Of a stretch of DNA of 64,000 nucleotides, positions 49,693 through 62,500 are shown in pieces. The notes below the pieces were generated by a model, which saw nothing but the letters and a program-made list of their open reading frames with translations, was not told the DNA's origin and did no database searches. How positions within the stretch are numbered: position 1 is the first letter of the stretch; every line of letters starts with the position of its first letter. This stretch comes from Anthoceros angustus (lineage: Eukaryota; Plantae; Anthocerotophyta): contig MU008173.1 of the NCBI GenBank assembly GCA_010909165.1, positions 1,276,883-1,340,882 of the forward strand. Reading direction: 5' to 3'. A program made the position numbers and the translations under genes.

Positions 49693-50588
49693 ATGGCTGG
49701 CACAACACCTAATCAAGGAACAGATGGCATGACCGAATTGAGTAATGCCGCTGGTCTTCTCTTTGCGGCGCGTTGTCATCCTTTACTACTCTGCATCACT
49801 CTTTGGCTGCAATACGGGTTCGCCACGGCCTGGCTCGGGGCTGCCATTATTCCTCTGGACCCTCGGCAGGGTTCGAATTCTACAACCAACTGCCGCCCCT
49901 ATGGGCTGGATTTGGGGCTCCACTGCCAGCAGGAGTTGGAGCCGCCAATCCGCTGGAGTCGGAGCTGGTCTATGGAATCCACTGCCTGGTGTTGGAGCAA
50001 GACTTGGAGCACAACCTCTACATGTTGGTCTTGGGAATCCACATCATGGCGTTGGAGGAGGACCCGGGCAACCTCTGCTTGCCCTCCCTGCCTATCAGCC
50101 CACATCCACTTCAGAATTTAAAGAACGCGACAGATTCAATGGACAAAAGTACCCCATGTGGAGTGTCCGCATGAGGACTGCCCTTGAAGCTCGCCATGTA
50201 TGGGACGTAGTTTGTGGGAGCACTCCTCGACCTGCAGCAAATGCCAATCAGTACGATAAGGACAAGTGGGCTAATGCTAACAACGTAGCACGCGCCTTAA
50301 TAATCAGCGGCTTGGACGATGTGCTTGTACCCGACATTGCTTACCTCACCAGTGCCGAGGAGATGTGGAAGCAGCTGTGTGATACTTACGACGTCCGAAA
50401 CATGGTCACCATGTGTTCTGTGCGCAGTGAGCTGTTTTCTCTTCGCATGCGTGAAGGAGATAAAGGAGCTACCTTTGTCGGCAAGTTTAGACAGCTCCGG
50501 TCACAATTCATTTCTCTTGGTTGCACCGTGCCTGAACTTGATGCTGTAGCACAGCTGTTGACAAGTCTTCCACCCAGCTATCAACCCT
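49693..50588 (+). mobile_element. Copia-1 gag (UBN2-type), cut at 50588
   Basis: RFNGQKYPMWSVRMRTALEARHVWDVV...A..LI...L....SAEEMWKQL...ELFSLRMREG...LLTSLPPSY, then an abrupt switch to repeat DNA. Confidence 0.9.
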
Positions 50589-51006
50589 CACCACAAGAAT
50601 CGCAGGTGCTTTTACAACGCATTTTACAACGTAGTTTACAACCTCACGTTGTAAAAACGGGCATTACGTTGTAAACCGGTGGCGAAACTAGGTTGTAAAA
50701 TTGTTGACGTGGCAGGCAAGATTGCCACATCATCAAGTTCTGGCGTGGTTTACAACCTCATTTACAACGCATTTACAAGCGTGGTTTCTGGCGTGGTTTA
50801 CAACGTCATTTACAATGTTGGGCTCGTTTACAACCTAAATGACAACGCCATTTACAACGTGGTTGCCTTGTAATCTAGGTTGTAAAGTAGGTTGTTAATA
50901 GGAGGTTGTAGTCTGACAACTTAACTAGGTTGTAAAGTGGGTCTATTTACAACGTATTTTACAATATACGTTACAACCTCATTTACAACCTTCATACACC
51001 CTCACT

Positions 51007-51591
51007 TTACAACGTCATTTACAACGTGGTTTACGACGTGGTTTACGACGTGGTTTACGACGTGGTTTACGACGTGGTTTACGACGTGGTTTACGACGTG
51101 GTTTACGACGTGGTTTACGACGCGTGGTTTACGGCGTGGTTTGCGGCGTGGTTTACGGCGTGGTTTTGCGTGGTTTTACGCGTGGTTTGCACGGCGTGGT
51201 TTACGGCGTGGTTTGCGGCGTGGTTTTACGTGGTTTGCGGCGTGGTTTCACGGCGTGGTTTGCGACGTGGTTTATGACGTGGTTTACGACGTGGTTTACG
51301 ACGTGGTTTACGACGTGGTTTACGACGTGGTTTACGACGTGGTTTACGACGTGGTTTACGACGTGGTTTACGACGTGGTTTACGACGTGGTTTACAACGT
51401 GGTTTACGACGTGGTTTACGACGTGGTTTACCACGTGGTTTACCACGTGGTTTACAACGTGGTTTACAACGTGGTTTACAACGTGGTTTACAACGTGGTT
51501 TACAACGTGGTTTACAACGTCGTTTACAAGGTCGTTTACAACCTCATTTACAACCTCGTTTACAACCTCATTTACAACCTCATTTACAACC
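51007..51591. repeat. 12-bp minisatellite array (~48 units; consensus TTTACGACGTGG)
   Basis: Read directly. It produces the (TTWF)n, (VVYD)n and (VVNH)n ORFs in the track. Confidence 0.97.
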
Positions 51592-53505
51592 TAAAAAATT
51601 CGTGAATCGCTAGTTTTACAACACAATCTACAAGGTAGATTACAACTTGGAAAATTCACGTCTCAATGATTTACAACGTTGTTTATACATTAAAATATAT
51701 ACGTATTCTTTAAAATAGTATATATCTCTTTTTCATACATATGGGTACTGACATAAGGTATACTATATGGTATAATATACGAAGATCAAATTATATACGT
51801 ATATCATATAATACACGAGTATTTATTCAATATATGATAATATTGACAAAATAATTATTTAATTAACTAAATAGGTATCTAATTAAGATTATAATTCTAT
51901 GAATTTAATAATATAATTACATTATATCCATTCCATTTAAATCCTATTTTTTGGGCAGTATATATATACATATTATTTTAACTAAATTTGGCCCCTAATT
52001 AGGGACCAGATTTACATAAAATAATGCATACATAATATCTTAAAATTAGGATAAATGAAGGCAATATATATTGAAACATAATCCACTGACGCCTTATAAG
52101 TTCGCGCGATCTTTACAAGGTGGTTTGCTTGGCAAACAACCTGAAGAGATGGCTCCAACGCGCAACGGCCGATGCCGACTGGCGACAAGCACGCGAGCGG
52201 AAGCGTCATTGGAGATGGCAGAGGGAGCTAAACATGCGGCAAGGTGTGGCGATTGCCACTCCAAGTGCTCCTCACCCACCAGCTAACGGTGTGACAGTTG
52301 TTACTCACAATGGTAGGGGCAATGATCAACAAACACCAGCTCAACCAAGTGAACGGGACAATGATCAACAATGCGCGGAGGGATTGTTTCCATCTCACAC
52401 TCTTTCCGCAGAGATTGTGCATCCAGGGTTTCAAGAAAATCAGGCTGTAGAGACACATGAAGTTCGGGTGGCACCTGCAAGCGGAGCTGTCGCATCATCA
52501 CGCTTGTCAGCCACTTAAAGGTCAAGGCGGTGTCGGCCGCGGAAGGTTGCTCGACACTTCCGGTTTAAGGGGAGCCTCCGACGGGCTACCTGCAAGCGGT
52601 TGCTCGGGAGTTAGGTCCTTCTTTTGCGGAGGACTCGTCACTATAGTGGGGTGGGAGGAGGAGGATTTTGAGGCGTTCTCTACGCCGCATTAGAAATTTC
52701 GCGGTGCTAAGGGGAGGAAGGCCGGACTCGAAAAGCCACAAATCAAGCTGAGAACATCAGTGCCTATGAGGTCTACAAAGTGTGCAAGTTGCGGACAAGT
52801 TGAGAGCTCGGCAAACTTTCATGAACATCGTTTTGTCCAAGGATGTCATGCAAGAAGCGGTCAGCTGCCATGGGGCGTGCAGGGGTCAATAGGCGAGTTG
52901 TGGCGCGGCATGTGCAAACCCTTTGCCAATTGGACATCGCGAGCAGGGGCCACCAATGGTGCGGTGCGGGCGGAAGGTCGGTCAGTTCCTTGAGCTGGCT
53001 TGAAGGAAATAATTGTCCAGTTTTGGGAGAACTCCTCACGCCCTTCCTCGAACTCGAAGGATGCCAGGCGGCAATGGGTGGCCCCGTTTGTGTATCGTAC
53101 GCACATCACGCACTTCCTCGATACCTCACAGGTGAGCGCATGTTGGGGTTTCCTTCGTTGTTTACCACATCATGGGTTCTGTTGTGTGGCTGTGTAGCGC
53201 TTGTGGATGGGGGTTGGTCTGTGTGGAAGATGGTCCTAGCGCCAGTGGAGTCCTATCCAACATTGTGGCCTACAGTAGCGCTTTCACTCAGCTATCACTC
53301 GGGTGCAGCTAACACTGTCTCACACTAACATTTGCCAGTGTCTCACACTGCATGGTGCCGATGCCACCTGTGCTATTCAAGATGTCGCCGGCACTTTGCC
53401 AGATTACACTTTTAGGACAGCTTCATCACTTGATGGGGTTCATTGTCACAATTTAAAGTTGCCGGCAGCACTTCGCCCTGACCATGCTGCAGTTGAAGTG
53501 TCTGG

Positions 53506-53629
53506 TTGCACTTGCAGCTGTTACACTTGTTGCACTTGCAGTCTCTTACACTTGTTGCACTTGCAGTCTCTTACACTTGTTGCACTTGCAGTCTCTCAGT
53601 TGTTGCACTTGCAGTCTCTTACACTTGTG
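53506..53629. repeat. 25-bp tandem repeat (~5 copies) inside the transposase intron
   Basis: TTGCACTTGCAGTCTCTTACACTTG units. Confidence 0.9.
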
Positions 53630-56117
53630 GTCCCTTGTTGTTTGTGATGCAGACGGAGTTCTTCCTCCGATTCCGAAGTCAGTATCCTGAGATCAAGATA
53701 GGCCAGTGTGCCTTTGAGAGGTTGAAACCCTTCTACATCAAATCCTGCGGGAGGCGGGCGTGTGTTCTTTTGCGGTATCACGTTGAAATGGCATTTCTAA
53801 AGGATGCTCTCAACCAGCTCCGCGGTGTCCAATCAAAGGTTCACTTGAGTGCATGCTCATGTCCTTGTCTTTGTTGCCAAGGGAAGGTGCTTTGTGGACG
53901 GTCTTGTGACAGCCTTGTTGCTATTTCGATGCATGAGCGGTTTCTGATGTATTGTGCCCTAAAGCACATGACGAGGACTTCCATAAGCGGAAGTGTTTAA
54001 TGGGGAATTGCAATCGTTGTGCACAAAGATTGCATGCCCACTTAACACGTATTTATTCATGCCTAATTGACGGATTCAAGGCGAGGATTGGCCGTGCGCT
54101 CACGGTAGTTTCGGTATCATTAGCACATCTTAGTGAGCGTGAGACTGTGGGAATGACACAGAACCCTTCCTCGCCCGACGCCTTAACCGTGGTCTGCTGA
54201 TACCGTGCGGCTGGACCGGTGGGCTCCCCCAAAGCGGTGGCTGCGTTCGCTGTGAGGAAGGCGGCGATGCGTGGCGGAGAAAAGCCGGACCACCCACACT
54301 GCGTTTTCGTCGTGTGCCCGCTCCCTGCTTCTGGGCGGCTGCTGACCAGGGCTCCACCGTATAGGCTTAAAAAGCGTGGGGTTCGTTTCAATTTCCACAT
54401 TAGCATTACCCTCATGCAACGAGCTTGCATAGCACGCTCCGGTCGAGTTGGTAAATTCGATGATCTGGCGGGTTTTCCGCACCGGAGTTCGGCGGTCAGT
54501 GAGCATGGCAGTTGTGCATCCTGGGGATTCAGTTTGAAAAGAGCAAAGCCATGGTCTGGCCCTACAATAATGAAGTTTTGGCACTACACTTAGCACCACA
54601 AAATCGCGTCCAAACAAATGCCCCAGAATTCCACACAACCAGGGCCCTCCAACAGCCCGAAATGGGTCCCTGTGTATCAAAAAACTTTGCTCTACTTGTA
54701 GCGCGACGCTGGAATGGGAGGGACGTCCCTCTTTGCCGCTTCTCTTTGCAGCTTGTTCCACCGCTCCCGGTACGGGCTGGCCTCTTCTTCCTTTGTGAAT
54801 CTGGCTGCTGCTGGGCTCTTGGCTTTGATGATGCTTGGCTGCGTTTGCCAAGTTCCTCCGCACCGGCGATCCCGAATGCCTGCAACATCCCCTGCATTGA
54901 ACACCATTAGAAAAATGTACCTGCCTGTACCACATATGTACATATCATCATCCAACAGCTTACCCCGCTGATTCTGACTAACGGTGTCCTGCGTCTCTTC
55001 CCCACTACCTGACCAGAAGGCTCTGCCGTTGGTTCCAACTATGAGTAGAGCAAACAATCCACATTGCATGGGCCTGGACTGTCGTTCCTAGTTCCCTCTG
55101 TCCCAGGAACTCGCACCACCACATCCTCGGATGCTGCCAAGCCACACATAGTAGGTAACTGACATCACAAGGCTGCGATTGAAACAATTGCACCATGTCC
55201 AAACATTGTCCACATGAGCAGACAAAAGATTTTCCTTGCATCAGCATCATCGTGACTGCACATTCAAAATCCTCCATGTCATTTACAGTGCGTCGCGCCC
55301 ACGAGCCTCCTCCTTTGATGGCATCCTTGCCCACTTCGCCACAAATGCCATCCGGATGGGCTTCGCGCCTCGGCGCCCGAATGGATTAGTACTGCCAACA
55401 CGTAGCCGCGCGAGCATCCAGCGTTCTTCACGGCCAGCACACCCCTTTCCCTCGAGCTAGCTCTTGCACTCCAGCCTCCACTGCCTTCCTCCACTCCAAG
55501 AAAACCACATTCCCAGGACGCAGGTGTCTCTCGTAATCGCCCTTATTCCTTACACCTTTCTGCCTCCTTCACCGTGTCCTTACGAAATAGTTAGCAGCGA
55601 ACAGTGGAAAATTTCTTCCGTGAAATCCAAGTTCTTGATGTGAGGAAACTCCCACAGCCAAGTCCATCAACCGAGTCGCAATTTATGTCTTGCGTTTCCA
55701 ATGCCCCATTTTCATCCGTGTGATGACCAACTCATGAACGCGTTTGCCGAATGCATCCTTGTCATCCTCTCTTCCTCGTACAAACATTCCCCCGGCGGTT
55801 TGCCGCTCGCCATGACCTCCACCTTGAATTTTCTTTGAGACCTCGTCCTTCCCATGGAGGTGCAAGTGCTTTCAATGCTTCGATAACGGAACCTCGTCCG
55901 GCTTCAAAACCTCATATTCTGGTCGCGACCATGGCATGCTCCCCTCGGCGGGCCATGCGGCGGTGCCATAATGGGAGAAAACGCTGCTGCACTCCCGAGT
56001 CTTCCTCCGCATGGACTTGCTCCAAGGGAGGCAGCCCGTCCTCTGAGTCTTCCTCCAACGGAGGCAGACCCCCGGTCTCCTCCTCGCTCCCATATCTGCA
56101 GCCGTCATCCTCCAAAT

Positions 56118-56436
56118 TGTTAAATATATAACCATCGCGGGTTAAATGCCCATAGCTTATTTAGGTTTACGTAATTAGGTTATGACTCATCATTTATTTA
56201 TGCCTAGGGCTTTAGGTAGTTAGTTGTTATATTAGTTGCAACAACTTATGGTTGCAACAACTTATGGTTGGAACAACTTATGGTTACAACAAACTTGTTG
56301 TTGTAACCACCAACCACCTAGCCTATTTAAAGGCTTGTACTTTACTCTTGATTATTCATTGAATATACTTGTCATTCATTATCTCTTGCTTTCCTTTGCC
56401 TTCCTAACTTAGCTAGGTGCATAAGGATTTTCCACA
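56118..56436 (+). mobile_element. Copia-2 5' LTR (319 bp), followed by Met-type PBS
   Basis: TGTTAA...TCCACA termini; internal GTTGCAACAACTTATG repeats and TATTTAAA. PBS TGGTATCGAGGC at 56437-56448. The LTR start resembles that of Copia-1. Confidence 0.85.
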
Positions 56437-57240
56437 TGGTATCGAGGCAGATGCCACTTCACGATTTTTGTTCTTTGTGCAATGCCTCGTAGGAGGGACT
56501 CCCGTGCATCACCACTTATGCGTGAGGTTTTCCCACGCAACTCTACAAGTGTACAACGGGTTCCTCCAACTTGCAACGGACCATGGAGCCAATATTTTGA
56601 CGAATATCGTACCCAGATCCGTGCGCATTGGCAGAGGCAAGCACAAGAACGCAGATCGTAATCAGCTGAGAGATCGTAGAGGGGAGGCAATATCAGATGA
56701 AGAAAATGATGATTATGTCCCAGACTCTAGTGAATCACTATCAAAATTGATCAACTATCACTATGGAAGACTTGATGTTCGAATTTCTCAATTGATTGCA
56801 AGAGAAGATCTCTTTCTCACAGCCCTGCATGATATGGAGAAGAGATTGCAGCATAGCATTAATCAATGCACCAAGGATATAAGTGATGGTGTATTTGCAA
56901 CCCAACATTTGATCCAATTATTTATGCAACAATCAGATTTGAAGAAATTACAAAAATTGGGCCAATCAGGGCAAAGCCCTGATGATATTGTTCTTTGACT
57001 TCTGCTGCGCGTGGAGGGGATGATTGCAGTGGTGCGCATTGCTTGGGAGCCCACTTCTATCACGCTGGAGCAAGAAATTGCTTGTTTTTTGCTTGAGATT
57101 TGCTGCAAATCTGCAATTCTTTGCATGCATTCTTTGCTGCCCAATTTCTTTGTTGCCAATAGGTAGTTATTAAAAAAAAAAACAGTTATTATAACCACCT
57201 CCCCTGCCACCAGAAAATTCACATGAATTTTCTTATTAGT

Positions 57241-57390
57241 TTTTAGGGCACCCTTCGTTTTTAGGGCACGTTTCAGATTTTAAGATAGTTTTTTTGGATT
57301 TTAGGGCACCCTTCGTTTTAGGGCACGTTTCAGATTTGAAGTTAGTTTTTGGATTTTAGGGCACCCTTTATATTTTTAGGGCACCCTTCA
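57241..57390 (+). repeat. Cluster of six TTTAGGG-containing motifs (TTTTAGGGCAC) arranged as a ~57-bp higher-order repeat
   Basis: Read directly; lies upstream of the Copia-2 gag start. Confidence 0.85.
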
Positions 57391-57501
57391 CATTTAGGCA
57401 GTTACCTAGATATGAATCTCCCACACATTTTCTATTGACTCGTAGACATCTCTCTTGTAGCAGTCCTACTATAGTTCTGTTCACTTGACATTCGAACCGC
57501 C

Positions 57502-59560
57502 ATGGCAACACCTTCATTCACATCGATATCAAGGACAAAGACCGCTTCAATGGGACGAGATTTGACATTTGGAAGGTCCGTATGAAGACTACCTTGGTAG
57601 CTCGTGGCGTTTGGAGTGTTGTTGATGGCTCCTATCCGACCCGGTGTCCTCGTGCACAAGGAACCTGCAAATGTTACTCAAGGCCAAGGACAAGTGGGAT
57701 GGCTTCAATAGCATCGCCATTGCTCTTTTGGTTAACGGCTTGGATCGACCTTATTCACGAACCGAATACTTGACTAAAGCCAAGGATATATGGGATCAAT
57801 TATCAAATACTTACAAGGTTGAACATGATGACCTTTTGTGCAATCGCCTTGAACTTTTGACCGCGATGAGATGGATGGTGAGTCCGTGTCACATCATGTT
57901 AGCAAGTTTCACGCTTGCGATCCCAACTCAATGCACTTGGGAGTCCTATGAGGCGACGCAGTGGCACAATTCGTCACCCTTCCAAGCTATCAAACTTTTG
58001 TCACTACTGGAATATGCCCATTGCTCTTCCCGGGTCCTTCATTGGAACTCCAACCCCTTCACTGGAGGCTGTTGTGGGAGCCCTATACCAAGAAGAACAG
58101 ACACGACTTATGAGAGGGCAGCAAAAGCAACACAAAACCGACAAAGTTTTTTCAGCAACTAGAGGCAGAGGCAGAGGAAGTGGGAGAAATCTAAATCAAC
58201 GTGCTGGCCCCGGTTCTTACACACCTGGCAACACTGGTTCATCTTCCTCTACTCAGAAACGGCAAGGTACATGCAATTGGTGTGGTACTCCAGGTCATTG
58301 GGCACGGGAATGCCGGAAGAAGAAAGCTGGCGAGCCTCAACGGGCTTTTTCTCGACCCTCTGCACACATGACCACACAACAAGCCAGTCAAGATAGACGG
58401 TCCTCAACAACATCCACAAATTCAGGCAAGCCAGTAGTGAAGATTCTTACTGTTTGTCTGAATAACACTTTGACGAGTGAGGTGGATTGGTGGTTTTTGG
58501 ACTCAGGGGCCACGGCCCATATCTGTCGGGATGCATCTCTCTTTACCAGTTTGACACTATCAAGAATCGAAAAGGTATACTTGGGTGATGAGAGTGTGGG
58601 AGTAGTCTTATCCTTGGTAGAGGAGTCAGAAGTTTCCCTACGATAGTGTGTTAGTTCTTCCCGACGTCTTGTATGTACCAAAGATGGCTAAGAATTTGAT
58701 GTCACTTAGCAAATTGATGAAGATGAAGGATCTAGTCCTTACCGTCTCGAGATGACGCTTGTTGTTTCTCTAGACGTAGTGCTCCAAACATTTGTATCTT
58801 CAAAGCCTTTGTAGATTGATGTACCGTCTAGACATTTTCCTCCACGACGGCAAGCATTTTCTACTATTGGCGACCTCACGGTATCCAGTGAGCCGGTATG
58901 GCATATGCGCCTTGGCCATGCTAATGTAACTAAACTCATTGATATCTCTAAGCGGGACTACTATCGTGAGCCTCTTCCACGTTGTTTTAATGAGCTCCCC
59001 ATTTGTGAAGTTTGCACTCTTGCCAAGCAACGAGACTCCCTTTCCAAGAGCACTGCACAGTCAACATCGATCCTCGACTTAGTGCATTCAGACATATCAG
59101 GCAGGCTACAAACTCAGTCACTAGGTGGTGCAACCTATTATTTGACATTAATCGCGACTATAGCCGGTATACGTGGACATACCCTATGCATCATAAGAGT
59201 GATACATTTTCTATCTTCAAGGATTGGTTAACCATGGTGCTAAAGCGGTCGCTTGCTAAAGCTTTTCGGGGTGACAACGGTGGTGAATTTGTCGGCCATG
59301 CCTTCCGAGTTCTGGCCAAGGCATTATTCATCGCCTTATCGCTCCATATACCCAACAAAGAAATGGGGTCAGAAGCGAAAGAATCAAACATTGATGGGAA
59401 TGGCGAGATCAATGCTCTTGTGGTCGATTACCTTCTCCATATTAGGCGTGTCGTAGTTACTACATATACTCAACGACTTCCATCACATTGATCCCATCGC
59501 CTTTGAGAGATTCTACGGAAGAAAACCAAGTATCATGCATCTTCGCATCTTTGGTCCCCT
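57502..59560 (+). mobile_element. Copia-2 gag-protease-integrase (frameshifted, truncated before RT)
   Basis: KDKDRFNG..FDIWKVRM, Zn knuckle CNWCGTPGHWAREC, protease WFLDSGATAHIC, GAG-pre-integrase WHMRLGH...CEVC, integrase LVHSDISG and DNGGEF, HLRIFG at ~59550. Confidence 0.93.
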
Positions 59561-62500
59561 CACCACCTAGGGAAGTGTGGGAAGATATCCACTTCCCTCC
59601 TCTTGGTCAGCGGACCCGGTCTGACGAGGAGGCGGCCCGGCTCCAACCCGGCCACCGGCCCAGCAGCGGCCGAGGCCCGGCGAACTCGCGGGCACGAAGA
59701 GGCGGAAGGCGGTGCCACCGCCATGCACCTCGGCGGTGCAGGTGCCCTTGCCCACCTTGCAGGGTAGAGGTGAAGGCGGTGAGAAGGCGAGAAAGGGCGC
59801 CGCCCAAGGCGGAGGTCAGCTGGCCACGGGCGGTCACATCGCCCGGGAGGCAAGAGTCGGCTCCGAACCCCTCACCTCAGGAGCCCCAGGACGAAGAGGC
59901 GAATAAAATTAGCGGCCAAGAGGGCCAAGGAGGTGAAGCTCGGACCTCGGCAATCGGGACCTAAGGGACTGATTAGGTCAGGAGAACCCGTCGGACTCAC
60001 TCGGCTGCGGTATGGAGGTCCTTGGCGGACCGTGAGATGCCGCTCCCCTACGGACTTTTGGGGGCCTCACGGTGGCGGCCGTGGAAGAGACACGGCAGTC
60101 TGGCTACCGTCATGGGCGGTATGCTTTAAGGGTCTCTGGGACAGCGGAGAAGACCCGAGTAGAAGCCACCGGAGGCGCATGGTGCTCCTCCGAGGGAAAT
60201 TGGGCGGCCGGGAGGCGGAGGAAGGCAGCTCTCGGCCGCATCGAAGAAGCCGGGAGGCCGAAATCTGGTCCATTCGGGGACGGACTAAATTCCTTTGGGT
60301 GGGTGATGGCGGCCTGAGAGGCCCAGCCGGTGAAGACCTCTGTGCGGAGAGGGTGCCGAGGAGGCGAAGGAGGCCGGCGCATCGCTTGACACAGTGGGAC
60401 CGGCACCTGGCCAAAGCCAGTGGGCGAGGAGGCGGCTTGTTGCTAAGCCGACCCGCGATCACTATCGTGGCCGGTGGAGAGGCAGCGGGATAGCTGCGGC
60501 TAACACGAAGGCAGGAGGAGGCGGAGGCAGTGCGGGCCCCATGCGAGAGAAGGAAGCCCGCGACAAGGAGATGGAGGATCTCCGGACTCGATTCTTGTGA
60601 GTGGAGCAACGTGGCGGAGATGGAAGACCGCAAAGAGACCACAGGCTGGCTCAAGTTACCATTGAGAGGAATGGTCTGCGGGCGTGATCACGGATCACGA
60701 GCGAGATAAGCGGCTCCGGCTCTGTTGGCGGACGGAGGAGGTAAGCGATGGAGCAAGGAGGCGGGGCGTCGCGAAATGGAAAGGACACGGCGAAGCACTG
60801 ATCAGGCGAGTTGCAGCCGTCTGGAGAGGAGATGGCGGAGCTAAAGGCGAGATGAGCAGGGGCGAGCCTTGGGCGAGAAAGAAGGCTGGTCGATTAAGGA
60901 AGGCGGAAGGGGCTATTATGGCGATGGCGGCGGAGGCGGAAGCAGGGGCTGGAGGCGTGAACAACGGCGGTTGCGGAGGTGGCCGAGGCGGCCTTGGCCT
61001 CGAGATTCGGCCTCCGGTACGAACTGGCGGGAGATGGTCCAAGCGGACGGCCACGCTCGGCTCCGGAGCACCAATGGCGAAAGGAGTATCGGGTGCTCCG
61101 GGCACATGTGGAAGAGGCAATCCAGCAAATTGACTCGGTTTTGCCTACTACACCTTGAGCTCCTTAAGGCATTGGAAGCCTCTCAGCGCCCGCTACAAAT
61201 GGACGGACCCCCGGAAGGCTCAGAAGGGGATGAAGGGCATGGGGCGACAGGGACCCTAGTGGCCTGTTTGGAGGCAAGCGTGAGAGAAGAGCCTCGGGAG
61301 GAGGCGGGGCCAGCCAATGCGGACCTCGGGGTAAGTCCACGCAACACCTTTCGGGAGGATAGGGGGGCCACAGAAAGGCGCGGAAGGAGAAGCCAACCCG
61401 ACCCAAGACAAGGGTCGGTGGGTGAGATGAGGGCCTAGCGATGAGGTCCCGCGAGATAAAGTCGGAGCTTGGGGACGGACCCGTGTAAGGTCGGACCACG
61501 AGGCCGAAGATGAGCCGGACCCAGGCCGGACTCGGGAAATAAAGCGAGACTCCGAAGTTCGAGACTCGGGTCGAGGCCGGACCCCGGTCGGACTCGAGGG
61601 AGGAGTCCCTCGAGCTTATGGGAGGCGTCGGTCGGTGGCCCTAGGAGGGACCTTTGGGGGCGAGGCGTTGTGGTGGCGGTCGTCAGGGCCCTTGTGGATT
61701 AGGGAAGAGGAAGGGTCCGCCTCGCGGATCATCCGATTAGTGCGCAGCTATCGAGACGGAGATTGGACCACCAATCTAGGCGGAACCAGGACCTTCCAGG
61801 CCCACCGCCGAAGGAGATAGGAGGAGGAATAGGATGGTAGGCGGCATTAGGCGTCTTGGTAGCCACCGGCTCGGAATAGTGTAATAAAGGCCGACTTGGG
61901 CGTAGTATAAGAGGTGAGGTACTCTGAATAAATCATCTTCTCTTGGTGTTGATGCGTTTCTTGCAGACCTGTGTGTCTTCATGCTAAGCGTGAGTCACGA
62001 GTCAGGCGGGCAGCTCGGAGGCAGTCAAGGTCACAGTAGCGGACCCTAGCGTGTGGTGGTGTGTGCGGGGAGGCGGCGGGGACCCGTGTTCGTCCAGGCG
62101 GCCCAGTGCGGGCCGGGCGTGAGCGGAGGAACTCGGGAGGTGTCTGAGCCAGACGGAGGCCGGTTGAGCAACGGAGGAGGTCCGGGTGTAGCCACTTGCG
62201 TTCTTTTCCAAGGTTGATGGCGTGGTGAGTGATGAGGAAGGCGGACTAAAGGAGCAGTGGCGTGCGGGGAGCGATCTGGACGCAAAGCGGGTCCTTAAGC
62301 GTTTAGCCACACGGGCTGTTGATTGAGCGTTATGAGTAGTTAGGCCTTAAAGCGGCGATTGCGTGTTAAAGTTGAGACGCAAAAGTAAGGTGAGAATCGG
62401 TAAACGCGGCAAAGCAGGCTTATCATTCTCTGAACTGACTCCTTACTACGACAGATTGTGCGCGCCCGGCCGTCGACAAAAGTCGCGCCTGAGCTCTCCC

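Larger units (their letters stand above)
50589..56117 (+). mobile_element. CMC-superfamily (Chapaev/CACTA-related) DNA transposon, left part, degenerate and interrupted by Copia-2
   Basis: CAC terminus (CACCACAAGAATCG) and sub-terminal TTTACAAC motifs in both orientations. Spliced transposase-like peptide IVQFWENSSRPSSNSKDARR...THFLDTSQ|TEFFLRFRSQYPEIKIGQCAFERLKPFYIK...RYHVE...Cys-rich (intron 53132-53652). No DDE core or right TIR seen. Confidence 0.62.

Noticed and set aside
49868-49890. GGTTCGAATTC T-loop-like motif
   Set aside because: No A-box or cloverleaf around it; lies within the Copia gag leader.
51007-51591. CRISPR-like array (also considered for 6421-6526 and 22338-22970)
   Set aside because: Head-to-tail repeats without unique spacers, no cas genes, eukaryotic context.
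50937-51605. ORFs with (TTWF)n, (VVYD)n and (VVNH)n repeats
   Set aside because: By-products of a stop-free 12-bp array; no evidence of a real gene.
60589-60603. CGATTCTTGTGAGTG, close to the reverse complement of the CMC left terminus
   Set aside because: The match does not extend beyond ~11-14 nt, there are no sub-terminal TTTACAAC motifs nearby, and it lies inside another element; likely chance.
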